Sequence record: NC_022096.1
DNA length: 64,000 nucleotides
Strand: one strand, 5' to 3'
The notes under the pieces were generated by a model, which was not told the origin of the DNA, ran no database searches, and saw only the letters and a list, made by a program, of their open reading frames with translations. Both the position numbers and the translations under genes were made by a program. Below are positions 19,274-28,348 of this stretch, piece after piece. Position 1 is the first letter of the stretch. The number at the start of each line of letters is the position of its first letter.

Positions 19274-19359
19274 AAACCTCAACTATCAGCGGCACCACTA
19301 TTGCAGACGCTCATCGCTGACGATGCGACATTGTAGCACGTCTACAATAGCAGAGTCAA
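19274..19359 (-). promoter_or_regulatory. sigma70-type promoter with conserved leader (copy E)
   Basis: TTGACT-N18-TACAAT with extended TG; leader ATAGTGGT..TAGTTGAGGTT shared with the copy at 36378. Confidence 0.65.
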
Positions 19360-19388
19360 GCTGGTCAAAAATTGACCAGCTAGCCAAC

Positions 19389-20894
19389 TTACTCGTCGTC
19401 CGCTTCTTCGCTGATGTCATCGGCCTGACGGCCTTTGGTGTTCTCGGCCTTGATCGCCAACTTCAGGAGCTTGTAGCCTTCGCCGGAGCGAACTTGCTTA
19501 CGGCACCATTCGTACAGGCGGAACGGCTTGACCTTGAACTTGGTGCAGCCCTTCTTGATCAGATCGGGCGAACCATCGATCAGTGCCTTGAACTCGATCC
19601 ACGACACGGTCTTGCCTTCGAGCGGACCGGTGAGGAACTTGAGCTTCTTGCGATTGCCGCCGAGCTGCCCAGTGTTCTTGAGGTACTGATAGGCGTCCCA
19701 GACTCGGCAGAAGCCTTTCGCGTTACCATCGGCATCGCTCACGCAGATGCGCAGCGAAATCTCTGCGGCTTGCGGACCGCCGAGCTTGTTCTTGTGCACC
19801 TTGCATTTCAGGTAACGGTACTTGTCAACGCCTTCACCGGTGATGGTGTCTTCTTCCTCGAACTGGCCCTTGGCGTGGGGAACGCTGACCGAGGTCATCT
19901 TGAGGCGGCAGTCAGAGTAGAAACGCAGCGCCTTACCGCCAGGCTCTTGTTCGGTCGGGCCGTACATTGCCATGGGGATGTCACGCAACTGGTTGATGCC
20001 CAGTACGATGATCCGCTTGGAACGCATTGCACCCTTCACGCGCGGCAGGTTTGCAGCGTGCATACGAGCCTGGGCGCCGAGCGACTTGTCACCCTCGTCC
20101 TTATCGTCGGTCTGCTTCGGCACCATTGCCGGGTACGAGTCGACCAGCACGACGGCTTGGGGACTACCGTCGGGCATTTCGATTCGGAACTTGTTGGTCT
20201 TGCGGAAGTATTCCTTGTCGTACACACCGGCGAGTGCTTTCTGGTTCGCTTTGGTGTTCTCGTAGACGCAGTAGAACTTCCCGTTCTCCTGGATTTTGTC
20301 CGGGAGAATCTTTTCGAGCTTGGCGAGGTAGTTGTAGAAGTCCTCGCCGACCGACGGAGCGTAGTAACGAACGCGCGGTTGGATGACCCAGCCTTTGTCG
20401 TCCTTCACGCCGAACACGTTGTCAACGCTCAGACGCTTGCCGTGGTTCATGTAGCGGAAGATGTTCTCGGCGTAGTCGGCCTGGAACGAACCTTCGAAGT
20501 CGTGCAGCGACGCCTTGCCGTGGAACGTGCTGTCGGTTGCGATTGCACCCATGCACGTCGTGGCGAGCGTAGACTTACACGACTGCTCGCCGCCGAAGAA
20601 CGTGTACCAACCACCAGGCAGCAGGCCGCCAGCGAGTGCAACGTCGATGGAAAGCAGGCCAGTGGATAGGCGATCTTCCGATTCGCTAACCGCCATGGAG
20701 GTAAGGCCGAACTTCTTTTCCATGGAATCGATTTCGGCGTCGAGGTGAGCATACGGATCGAACGCAGCTACTGCCGTGTCGCCCTTCTTGCCTTTCTTCG
20801 CGGTACTCACGTCGATTTCGACATCACCGCCCTTGCCTTTGCCGCGCTTGCTCTTTGCGGGAGCGTCGGCTTCGGCCTTTTTCTTCTTTGCCAT
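19389..20894 (-). CDS. recA: RecA-like recombinase
   Basis: YTFFGGEQSCKSTL (variant Walker A), LVDSYPAM, GINQLR, PGGKALRFYSDCRL; start MAKKKK from the GGAG SD. Confidence 0.9.
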   Translation of the reverse strand: MAKKKKAEADAPAKSKRGKGKGGDVEIDVSTAKKGKKGDTAVAAFDPYAHLDAEIDSMEKKFGLTSMAVSESEDRLSTGLLSIDVALAGGLLPGGWYTFFGGEQSCKSTLATTCMGAIATDSTFHGKASLHDFEGSFQADYAENIFRYMNHGKRLSVDNVFGVKDDKGWVIQPRVRYYAPSVGEDFYNYLAKLEKILPDKIQENGKFYCVYENTKANQKALAGVYDKEYFRKTNKFRIEMPDGSPQAVVLVDSYPAMVPKQTDDKDEGDKSLGAQARMHAANLPRVKGAMRSKRIIVLGINQLRDIPMAMYGPTEQEPGGKALRFYSDCRLKMTSVSVPHAKGQFEEEDTITGEGVDKYRYLKCKVHKNKLGGPQAAEISLRICVSDADGNAKGFCRVWDAYQYLKNTGQLGGNRKKLKFLTGPLEGKTVSWIEFKALIDGSPDLIKKGCTKFKVKPFRLYEWCRKQVRSGEGYKLLKLAIKAENTKGRQADDISEEADDE

Positions 20895-20946
20895 GTACGA
20901 ATCTCCGAAACGGGAACGGGTGGCCACATCGGCCACCCGCAGTCAC

Positions 20947-22158
20947 TTACTCGTCGTCATCATCCCAGGCAGATTTCTTGCCCTTGCCGGATTTCTTCGA
21001 CTTCTTGTCCTTGGTGGATTTGTCGGACTTGGACTTCTTGCCCTTGTCAGACTTCTTGGACTTCTTCGGAGCTTCGTCCTCGTCGTCATCAGACGATTTC
21101 TTGGACTTCTTGGCCTTCTTCTTGGGCTTGTCGTCCTCGTCATCATCGTCGTCCGACTTGGACTTGGACTTCTTGCCCTTCTTCTTGGGCTTGTCATCCT
21201 CGTCCTCGTCGTCATCATCGTCGCTGAACGCCGGCTTGGACTTTTTCTTCTTCTTGGGCTTGTCGTCTTCGTCGTCATCGTCATCGGAGAACGCTTTGGA
21301 CTTCTTCTTGCCCTTCTTGCCTTTCTTCGGCTCGTCATCGTCACCGAGACTGTAGCCGTCACCGTCGTCGTCATCGTCCGGAGTATCACCGCCGACGATT
21401 TCCATGCGCTTGAAGTCTTCCAGCGCTTGCTTGGCGTCCATGCGGCCGGTGACATCGAGCAGGGTTTCGTCGAGCTTCCAGACCAGATATGCCTTCTCGT
21501 CGTCGGTGAGCGGAGTGCGCTCGTCCTTGTCGATGGAATACTTGTCGGTACCCGGAGCCTTCGGCTTGAACTTGACACGAATGTCGCAGCCGTACTTCTC
21601 GTGCGTCACGTCGAACGCTTTCTTGGCGCCGGACTTCTTGTCCTTGGCGGTGTTGCCTTCGCCGATCTCTTGGATACGGCTCGCCATGGTGGAAGTGAAG
21701 CGGCAGACGCGCACCGGAGTCCAGGACTTCGAGCGGATGTCCTTGAAGCCGGACTTCTTCTCTTCCTTGGTGTGCTCTGCCTTCTTGCGCGGCTCATCTT
21801 CCTGCAGCTCGCGGATGATGGCGTTGCCCAGGTAGAAGAACTCGTAGCGAGCGCTGCCGTCCTTGCCGTGAGTCAGGTCGCAGTACGGGCACTTGACTTC
21901 TTTGCCCTTCGCGTCTTTGCGCGGCTCGCCTTCGTGGTTCGGGTCGAACGCGATGCAGTAGCGCGGGATGGTGATTTCTTTCTTTTCCTTACCAGCAAGG
22001 ATGCTGATCCAGTGACGCTTCACTGGCAGAATCTTGCCGGGCAGGCAACGAATCTGCGACCACTCGTCAGCCGGAAACTTGTGCAGTTCGATCACTTCAT
22101 CCAGCTTGACCGAATCCTTGTTACCGGTGCGTGGTTGGAGAGTTCCAAATCCACTCAT
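20947..22158 (-). CDS. single-stranded DNA-binding protein (gp32-like) with long K/D-rich tail
   Basis: CPYC, YLGNAIIREL and GCDIRVKF..GTDKYSI core; about 120-aa DDD/KKK tail; next to recA. Confidence 0.7.
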   Translation of the reverse strand: MSGFGTLQPRTGNKDSVKLDEVIELHKFPADEWSQIRCLPGKILPVKRHWISILAGKEKKEITIPRYCIAFDPNHEGEPRKDAKGKEVKCPYCDLTHGKDGSARYEFFYLGNAIIRELQEDEPRKKAEHTKEEKKSGFKDIRSKSWTPVRVCRFTSTMASRIQEIGEGNTAKDKKSGAKKAFDVTHEKYGCDIRVKFKPKAPGTDKYSIDKDERTPLTDDEKAYLVWKLDETLLDVTGRMDAKQALEDFKRMEIVGGDTPDDDDDGDGYSLGDDDEPKKGKKGKKKSKAFSDDDDDEDDKPKKKKKSKPAFSDDDDDEDEDDKPKKKGKKSKSKSDDDDDEDDKPKKKAKKSKKSSDDDEDEAPKKSKKSDKGKKSKSDKSTKDKKSKKSGKGKKSAWDDDDE

Positions 22159-22188
22159 GTTAGATAACTCCTGGGTTGAACACGTTAG

Positions 22189-23205
22189 TTATTGACAGTT
22201 TTCCTCTAGGGTGTGCTGGCGCATCAGTGCCAACTCGTCAGGAGTGAAGAACTCACCGATGTCAAGTGTGAGCCTAGCGACGCCTTCCCTATCTACTTCC
22301 TTGGCAAGCAACTGGACGAGCTGTTGCGACTCAAGCCGCTCGAAGTCCTCATCCATGACGTGACCGTCCGACAACGTAGAGTACAGCGTCCTCTCGTCAT
22401 CCTCGCCGGGCTTTTTCAGAGCGTCCAGAGAGACACTGAAATTAACCTCGGAGCTTTCGCCGACGGCTAGCTTACGCTTCTGCGATTGCGGCACGGTGTA
22501 CGCCACGCCGTATTCGTGATCTGCGCTGCAAGTTTGAGCATTGAGCACCCACCAGTTGATGTACGTGGTGAGCGCACCCTTGGACGAGTCGTACTTATCC
22601 AAGGCGACGACCATTGCTTTCAGGATCGATTGCTTTAGGTCGTGGAAGTCCAACTGTTGACCTTGGTTAGAGGTCATGTGGGACTTCGCTTGCGTGCTTG
22701 AGTGCCGCAAGTAGTTGTCTAGCGTCGCTGAACGGAACGCATAGAACTTTTCCAGGTAAGCCGATGCTTGAGTGACGATGCGGTACATGTCCGCACGCCG
22801 CGTAATGCCAGCACCGACATAAGCCATGTCGTCAACGGCCAGCTTGTTTTCATGGCTGGGGTCGACCATGAATCTTTGGTACGCCTGCAGAAAGCCTTGG
22901 TTGTCATCCAGAAAGCGCTTGATGAAACAATGGATGAACGAGCGTTCGATGCGGCAATCGCGGAACGTCCGAAACTTGAACGCACCGTCCGTGTGGGTGA
23001 GCACGGCGCACAGGTTCTCAACGAGTTCTTCGCGCGGGACCGACGACAGCTTGCGCTTGCGGTTCGTTGCGACGATTGTGAGGACGTGGGACACCTGTGA
23101 GTCAAACACGGAAGAGTACAGCATCAAAGGCTCAAGCGCCTTGTAGAGGAGCATGTCCATGACCTTCTGGATTTGTTCCCCAGTAAGGTTCTTGTCCATG
23201 CTCAT
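22189..23205 (-). CDS. phage RNA polymerase sigma-70-like factor
   Basis: DLKQSILKAMVVALDKYDSSKGALTTYINWWV is sigma region 2.2-2.4; downstream VSLDA...TLYSTLSD resembles region 3. Confidence 0.8.
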   Translation of the reverse strand: MSMDKNLTGEQIQKVMDMLLYKALEPLMLYSSVFDSQVSHVLTIVATNRKRKLSSVPREELVENLCAVLTHTDGAFKFRTFRDCRIERSFIHCFIKRFLDDNQGFLQAYQRFMVDPSHENKLAVDDMAYVGAGITRRADMYRIVTQASAYLEKFYAFRSATLDNYLRHSSTQAKSHMTSNQGQQLDFHDLKQSILKAMVVALDKYDSSKGALTTYINWWVLNAQTCSADHEYGVAYTVPQSQKRKLAVGESSEVNFSVSLDALKKPGEDDERTLYSTLSDGHVMDEDFERLESQQLVQLLAKEVDREGVARLTLDIGEFFTPDELALMRQHTLEENCQ

Positions 23206-23702
23206 TATCCAAGCAACTCCCGCAGTTCTTTCAACGACAGGTCGGCGTACAAGGTATCGTACAGCTTGATGTTCTGGTCAAGCGGAAGCGTTGGTTCGAT
23301 TCGTGGATCGTTACGTCGCTTCGGTGCGCCCTTTGGGGTTGGCAGGACAAACCCACCGCCGTTTCTAGTTTCAATCATCCTCGCGTAGTGATCGAAGTAG
23401 AGCATGACCCGATCGTGGCGTTCGCGCAACTGCACTTCTTCCTTGATCTTCTCGGCCAGCTTCTCTCGAAACTCCTCGACTTGTGCGCCCTTCTCCTGGT
23501 ACTGCCCGAGGAGCTTGATGTTGTTTGCGTTCACCTGTTCGAGGTTCGCGGCGACGCGCTGATTCTCGGCGATCAACGCTCGCGTCTGCTCGTTGGCTTC
23601 GGCCAGAGACGTAGCAATCCGCGCTTGACCCTCCTGCGCAATTTGCAGTTGAATCTGGAGCGCGGCAATCTTGATGTGCGGATTTTCTTGTGTGTCGCTC
23701 AT
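23205..23702 (-). CDS. coiled-coil hypothetical protein
   Basis: Long heptad region; start MSDTQE. Confidence 0.7.
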   Translation of the reverse strand: MSDTQENPHIKIAALQIQLQIAQEGQARIATSLAEANEQTRALIAENQRVAANLEQVNANNIKLLGQYQEKGAQVEEFREKLAEKIKEEVQLRERHDRVMLYFDHYARMIETRNGGGFVLPTPKGAPKRRNDPRIEPTLPLDQNIKLYDTLYADLSLKELRELLG

Positions 23703-23718
23703 GTTCGTGCATCCGTAG

Positions 23719-24375
23719 TTACAGGTTCTGCTCCAGAGCAATCTTGGCAAGCGCGATGATGTGCTTGCAGCAGCCTGGTGCCAGACGAGGGTTGGTGAAG
23801 TTGGGTGCTTCGCCGTTGGAGTAGATCAAGCGACTAGCACCGACCGATGCGTTGGCGTACTCGAAGACGTAGACGAAGTTTTCGCAGGTGCACTGTACCA
23901 GCACCTTGTTGTGTCGATTGACTGGTAGCTTGTCGTCGTCACCCATGCCGATGATGTACGTCTCGTGGACTCGGCGCACGCGATTCTGCCGCCAGACATC
24001 GTAGGTGACCATGTGGCCCATGATCACAGGACGATGCGTCTTGGTAAACTTGCGCTCAATCTTCTTGGCTTCAACGTCAACCGCATTGTTGATGAACAGA
24101 CGCGGAGTGGCACGAATCAGTTGACGCAGCGTCATGCCTTTCTTCGACGCAGCAGTCTCAGGCAGTTGTCGGACAGGCATTGCCTCCAAGCGCTTGAGCC
24201 TGTAAGGCATGCCGGACGCCAGACGTTCTTTCCCGGGCCGCTTCGATTTGAACACGACTGCCTTCTTCGACTTCATGCGCTCTTGCGTCTTCTCCGCGGT
24301 GCGCTTGGCATCGGACTTACGCCCTGAGGTGTTCTTGCGACTTTTGGCAAGCGGCTTGTACGGCTTCTTCGCCAT
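23719..24375 (-). CDS. SWIM zinc-finger protein
   Basis: VQCTCENF....CCKHIIAL (CxC..CxH); basic N-terminus. Confidence 0.75.
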   Translation of the reverse strand: MAKKPYKPLAKSRKNTSGRKSDAKRTAEKTQERMKSKKAVVFKSKRPGKERLASGMPYRLKRLEAMPVRQLPETAASKKGMTLRQLIRATPRLFINNAVDVEAKKIERKFTKTHRPVIMGHMVTYDVWRQNRVRRVHETYIIGMGDDDKLPVNRHNKVLVQCTCENFVYVFEYANASVGASRLIYSNGEAPNFTNPRLAPGCCKHIIALAKIALEQNL

Positions 24376-24376
24376 G

Positions 24377-25102
24377 CTACCTCCGGCTCTTATGCTTGAA
24401 CTTCGTCTGGTTGAAGAACGACTCGGCCTTCTTGACCGTGGCTTGCAGCAGCAACTGGTTGCCGGTCAACAGGCGCGCACGCTTGAGAGTGTCGATAGTG
24501 GTGACCTCGCCGTTGGCTGCCATGAGCGGCGTTTCCAGTTCGGCGTCGAGCGTGCCTGCGTAACGAGTCTCGGCAAGTTCTTCAACCTCGTAAACCAAGC
24601 AGCAGGTGCTCAAGTCAACGATACCGACGCTCAACATCTGCGGACGAATGTCGGTGTAATCGACAGGACCTTCCCACGAGGTAAGGCCGAAGAAAGAGGT
24701 CTCGATCACCTCAGGTTCGCCTGTTTCTGCGCAGGTCGCCTGCTCACGGGTACTGAACGTGGCTTGCTTGTCGCGCAGAATGTCATGCAATACGGCATCT
24801 GGGAAGTAAGTCATCGACTCGAAGATGCGGCGCACCAAGGCACGGTCAGGCGGCGAGAACTTGCCGTCCATGAAAATGTGCAGGAGCTTCCCGTCGAAGT
24901 GCACCAGCTTTATGTAGCGATTGAAGATCGCGGTCAACGCCATGGTCGAATTGAGGTACGCACGCTCGTTGGTGCCCTCAATCAGGAATACGCTTTCGAG
25001 TCCGCGCTTTTGGCTTCTTTTCAGAGCCTCCTCGAACATGTGGTGCGGGAGGGCGAGTTCCCACAGAAGCGGCAGACAGGAAACGTTGGTATCGGCTTGC
25101 AT
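24377..25102 (-). CDS. hypothetical protein
   Basis: 241-aa ORF. Confidence 0.7.
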   Translation of the reverse strand: MQADTNVSCLPLLWELALPHHMFEEALKRSQKRGLESVFLIEGTNERAYLNSTMALTAIFNRYIKLVHFDGKLLHIFMDGKFSPPDRALVRRIFESMTYFPDAVLHDILRDKQATFSTREQATCAETGEPEVIETSFFGLTSWEGPVDYTDIRPQMLSVGIVDLSTCCLVYEVEELAETRYAGTLDAELETPLMAANGEVTTIDTLKRARLLTGNQLLLQATVKKAESFFNQTKFKHKSRR

Positions 25103-25775
25103 CTTCTACTATCCCTACGATCTTTGAATTTGGGCGTGCTCGCTGGACCGCGTCCAGAAATATGCACGAGGTGTCGAGTATGCGAGCATCTTCTGGAACG
25201 CCGAGCCCATCGAAAAATGGCTGCAGGTCCTTTACTCGCATACGCGGCAGCGATCCGGTATTCAACCCAACGACCGCTTTGTAGACGACCCCGTCATAGA
25301 CTTCCTCTCGGAATCGCAGGGGCTCATCCTTTATTTGCACTGGAGTGAATCGGTTGTGGGTTTCAAACCCGGCCAGCTTAGCCTGATACAACACGGTAGC
25401 CAGATCGACCACGTCAACAACAAACACTGCCTGACCGTCTGGCTTCAACAGCCGAAGCAAGTGCTGGAAAATCTCCATACGCTGCGTTCGCCAACCAAGA
25501 GGTGACAGTTGGTGAGACGTGGCGAATAGGTCGTACTCAGGATACGCGAACACGAGGTCCAGTGGACGCTTCAAGTGCTCAAGCACGTCGTACAGGTTAT
25601 GGTGAATCACCTTTAGCCGATCGCCGACGAGCAACTGTCTTGGGTTAGTAACTCGGAAGCTGGTACGAGAAACGACCCAGCCGTTGTGCTCACCGCAACG
25701 AGATATTACGGGAACGTCATCGCAGGTGTAGCATCCACAGCTATAGAAGTTGCGCATCGGCCATACGTCCATCAC
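24978..25775 (-). CDS. degenerate N6/N4 DNA methyltransferase-like protein
   Basis: IHHNLYDVLEHL..LDLVFAYPEY, RLLKPDGQAVF and RILDTSC..KIVGIVED align by eye to beta-class MTases, but DPPY and FxGxG are lost. Confidence 0.55.
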   Translation of the reverse strand: MMDVWPMRNFYSCGCYTCDDVPVISRCGEHNGWVVSRTSFRVTNPRQLLVGDRLKVIHHNLYDVLEHLKRPLDLVFAYPEYDLFATSHQLSPLGWRTQRMEIFQHLLRLLKPDGQAVFVVDVVDLATVLYQAKLAGFETHNRFTPVQIKDEPLRFREEVYDGVVYKAVVGLNTGSLPRMRVKDLQPFFDGLGVPEDARILDTSCIFLDAVQRARPNSKIVGIVEDASRYQRFLSAASVGTRPPAPHVRGGSEKKPKARTRKRIPD

Positions 25776-26179
25776 TTCAACTCAGCTTCCGGCGCATCGA
25801 GGTCATGGTCTGCCGTGATGCCGCCGTCAGTCGTCATCGCGTGCGCAGGCACAACATCCGGGTTTTCTGCAACCACGTTCTTTGCGAACGGGTGCTGTAT
25901 TTCGCCGCGAGAGTACGCCTGCATCTTGGCGACAAAATCTCCGAAGGCGGCAATCACGTCAGGCTTTACTTGCTGGATGGCTTTGATTTCGATGAAGTTT
26001 GCGTCGGCCAGTGTGTAGCCGTAGCCGAGAGAGTCCAGATCGAAGGCAGCCACGAAGCAGTACGTTGGACCGCTGGGGTCTTGGAAATGGACCACTGTGT
26101 ACGTGGCCGAGCGAAACTCCTCGACTTGTGCTTTCAACTCAAGAGCTTGGGCCACCATCTCCCGATGGGTTGGAATCAT
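25772..26179 (-). CDS. hypothetical protein
   Basis: Start MIPTH after a GGAGG SD. Confidence 0.7.
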   Translation of the reverse strand: MIPTHREMVAQALELKAQVEEFRSATYTVVHFQDPSGPTYCFVAAFDLDSLGYGYTLADANFIEIKAIQQVKPDVIAAFGDFVAKMQAYSRGEIQHPFAKNVVAENPDVVPAHAMTTDGGITADHDLDAPEAELK

Positions 26180-26900
26180 GTTTTCCCTCCAAGGCGTAGA
26201 GCCTGCGAGTAGAACTTTCGGAAGAGGCTGCAAACGTCACCAGATACTGCGACGTGACGGCAGCCGCTATTTGATCGTATGCGTTTACAGTTATTGCCAG
26301 ATGCTTGGCGTCGATGTTCAGCGCCTGTGCCATAGCACTGCAAAGGGCAGTGCGCGTGACGAGCTGTGGCTTTCCGTCCTGCGGCGCAAATCCAGCAACG
26401 ACATCCAGAATTTTCTCACCCTGCGGATGGGCAAAGATGTTGCGCATGATTGCAGAGTTGGACCCATCGTAGATGAGCGACCAAGCGTACTCGTAGGCGT
26501 ACTCCAGCGGTTGAACCAGCTGGTCACCTACAGCACGATCTGGGAACATGCGCAGGCCGAGGTCGTCGATATGGTTGATCAGGGATTCGATGAAGGAGAG
26601 TTCGACACGCGCCATGTCCAAGCACGGCTGTGCGATGATAAAGCGGGCGTCTGTTTCGAGAACAAAAGCCTCGGCCTGCAACTTGTTGGCCTGAGTGTCT
26701 TTGTTGTTCTGATAGTCGCGTATGGTCGCCTTGGCGTTAATCACCTTGGCCTGTGCGCGCTTCTGCTCAGCGAAGGCAGCGGCGATGGCGAACTGTCGGT
26801 CTTCTCGAAGTTCGTGGAGAATGCGATATGCTTCATCGATGATGAAGGCTTGGCCGAAAGACACGGCGTATATTTCGTACAGCGAGTGTTTCCAGTTCAT
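26139..26900 (-). CDS. hypothetical coiled-coil protein
   Basis: Start MNWKH inferred. Confidence 0.65.
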   Translation of the reverse strand: MNWKHSLYEIYAVSFGQAFIIDEAYRILHELREDRQFAIAAAFAEQKRAQAKVINAKATIRDYQNNKDTQANKLQAEAFVLETDARFIIAQPCLDMARVELSFIESLINHIDDLGLRMFPDRAVGDQLVQPLEYAYEYAWSLIYDGSNSAIMRNIFAHPQGEKILDVVAGFAPQDGKPQLVTRTALCSAMAQALNIDAKHLAITVNAYDQIAAAVTSQYLVTFAASSESSTRRLYALEGKHDSNPSGDGGPSS

Positions 26901-26923
26901 GCTTTGGTACCCACCATAAACAG

Positions 26924-26964
26924 AAAAAGCGCGCCTACTTACTTTCGTGTTGGGCGCGCTTTTT
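26924..26964. terminator. bidirectional intrinsic terminator
   Basis: AAAAAGCGCGCCTA / TGGGCGCGCTTTTT. Confidence 0.7.
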
Positions 26965-26995
26965 CTATGCTTCAATCACCGGCGCACGCCGACGA

Positions 26996-27604
26996 TCAAT
27001 CCAGGTCGTCGAAGTCCTCGAAGTCGTCATCCGACTTCGACTTCTTGTCCGCCTTCTTGGACTTCTTGCCTTCGGCTTTTTCAGCCTTGGCCTTCTTGGC
27101 TTTCTTGTCCTTCTTGGACTCGGCCTTGGCCGACTTGTCGGACTTCTTGCCTTCGGCTTTCTCGGCCTTGGCTTTCTTGTCCTTCTTCACCGGCTTGTCG
27201 GCCTTCTCGGCTTTCTTGGACTTCTTGCTGTCGCCCTTGTCAGCCTTGGCTTTCTTGCCTTCGGCCTTCTCGGCCTTGGCCTTCTTGTCGGACTTCTTGC
27301 CTTCGCCCTTGGCCGGCTTGTCAGCCTTCTCGGCTTTCTTGGACTTCTTGCCCTCGGCTTTCTCGGCCTTGGCTTTCTTGTCCTTCTTGGCCGGCTTGTC
27401 AGCCTTGGCCTTCGCCGGAGCGGCGGCGCCGTCAGCAGTCAGCTTCTCGACGGCCTTGATCTGGGCTTGGGTGCCTTTCAGGCTTTCCTGCGCGGTCTTG
27501 AGCGCTTTCTCCAGGGCAGCAACGGTGCCCTTGGCAGCACGTTCTTCCTTACGCAGGCGGGAAACTTCCTGCTTCTTGTTGATGAGTACGTCGTTCTTGG
27601 CCAT
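26996..27604 (-). CDS. histone H1-like Lys/Ala-rich protein
   Basis: Repeats of KKDKKAKAEKAEGKKS after an N-terminal coiled coil; acidic C-terminus DDDFEDFDDLD. Confidence 0.75.
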   Translation of the reverse strand: MAKNDVLINKKQEVSRLRKEERAAKGTVAALEKALKTAQESLKGTQAQIKAVEKLTADGAAAPAKAKADKPAKKDKKAKAEKAEGKKSKKAEKADKPAKGEGKKSDKKAKAEKAEGKKAKADKGDSKKSKKAEKADKPVKKDKKAKAEKAEGKKSDKSAKAESKKDKKAKKAKAEKAEGKKSKKADKKSKSDDDFEDFDDLD

Positions 27605-27793
27605 GTTCTTCGATTCCAGATTTGGAGGAGTAAAGGGAGCTGCTTCTATGAGCACCCGACTTGTTGAGCAACTATGAATTAGCGTGCTCAGATTTTACGA
27701 CCGAGACGCAAACTTTGTTTACGCCTCGGGTGACGCTTAGGAAGGTGCGGCCGCTCGCATGTTGCTAGGCCGCGCGCCTACCGGGCCGAGGTA

Positions 27794-28246
27794 TCAGTCG
27801 AAGTCTTCTTCGTCTTCTTCGTCTTCTTCCTCGTCGTCGTCTTCTTCTTCCTCGTCGTCCTCGTCCTCGTCCTCGTCGTCGTCCTCGTCGTCGTCATCTT
27901 CCTCGTCGTCGTCTTCTTCTTCCTCGTCGTCTTCCTCGTCGTCCTCGTCCTCGTCGTCTTCTTCCTCGTCGTCCTCGTCGTCGTCCTCGTCTTCTTCTTC
28001 CTCGTCGTCCTCGTCCTCGTCGTCTTCTTCCTCGTCGTCCTCGTCTTCTTCTTCCTCGTCGGACTCATCGTCCTCCTCGGTCACGTCGGGAGCCTGCTCG
28101 GCGACGAGTGCGATGGCCTCGTCGATGGTGTCGGCACCGGCTTCCTTCATCTGTTGCAGCAGCGAGAGCAGCGCGATGGCCAGGCCGGCGGTCAGGTCGA
28201 AGTTGATTTCTTTGGCTTTGGACTTGGTGGATTTCTTCTTGGCCAT
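27794..28246 (-). CDS. hyper-acidic protein
   Basis: 56-aa head followed by a 94-residue tail that is all D/E except one S and one F. Confidence 0.75.
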   Translation of the reverse strand: MAKKKSTKSKAKEINFDLTAGLAIALLSLLQQMKEAGADTIDEAIALVAEQAPDVTEEDDESDEEEEDEDDEEEDDEDEDDEEEEDEDDDEDDEEEDDEDEDDEEDDEEEEDDDEEDDDDEDDDEDEDEDDEEEEDDDEEEDEEDEEDFD

Positions 28247-28348
28247 GATGGGCTCCAATTGAGTGAGTTGTTTCGAGTTTCACGTTCGAGCAGCCACAGC
28301 GCTCGTTGCAGTGGCTGTTTACACTTTTGTAAGACCGCAGATCAGGGC

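Noticed and set aside
15701-26290. TGTAAA-like hits inside coding sequence (15701, 26284)
   Set aside because: They may simply reflect the encoded residues, so they were not counted as promoter evidence.
27759-28262. Poly-Ser ORF on the plus strand and Thr/Arg/Lys ORF in another minus frame
   Set aside because: These are alternative readings of the D/E tract. The D/E frame has a folded head and matches the acidic-tail theme of neighbouring genes.
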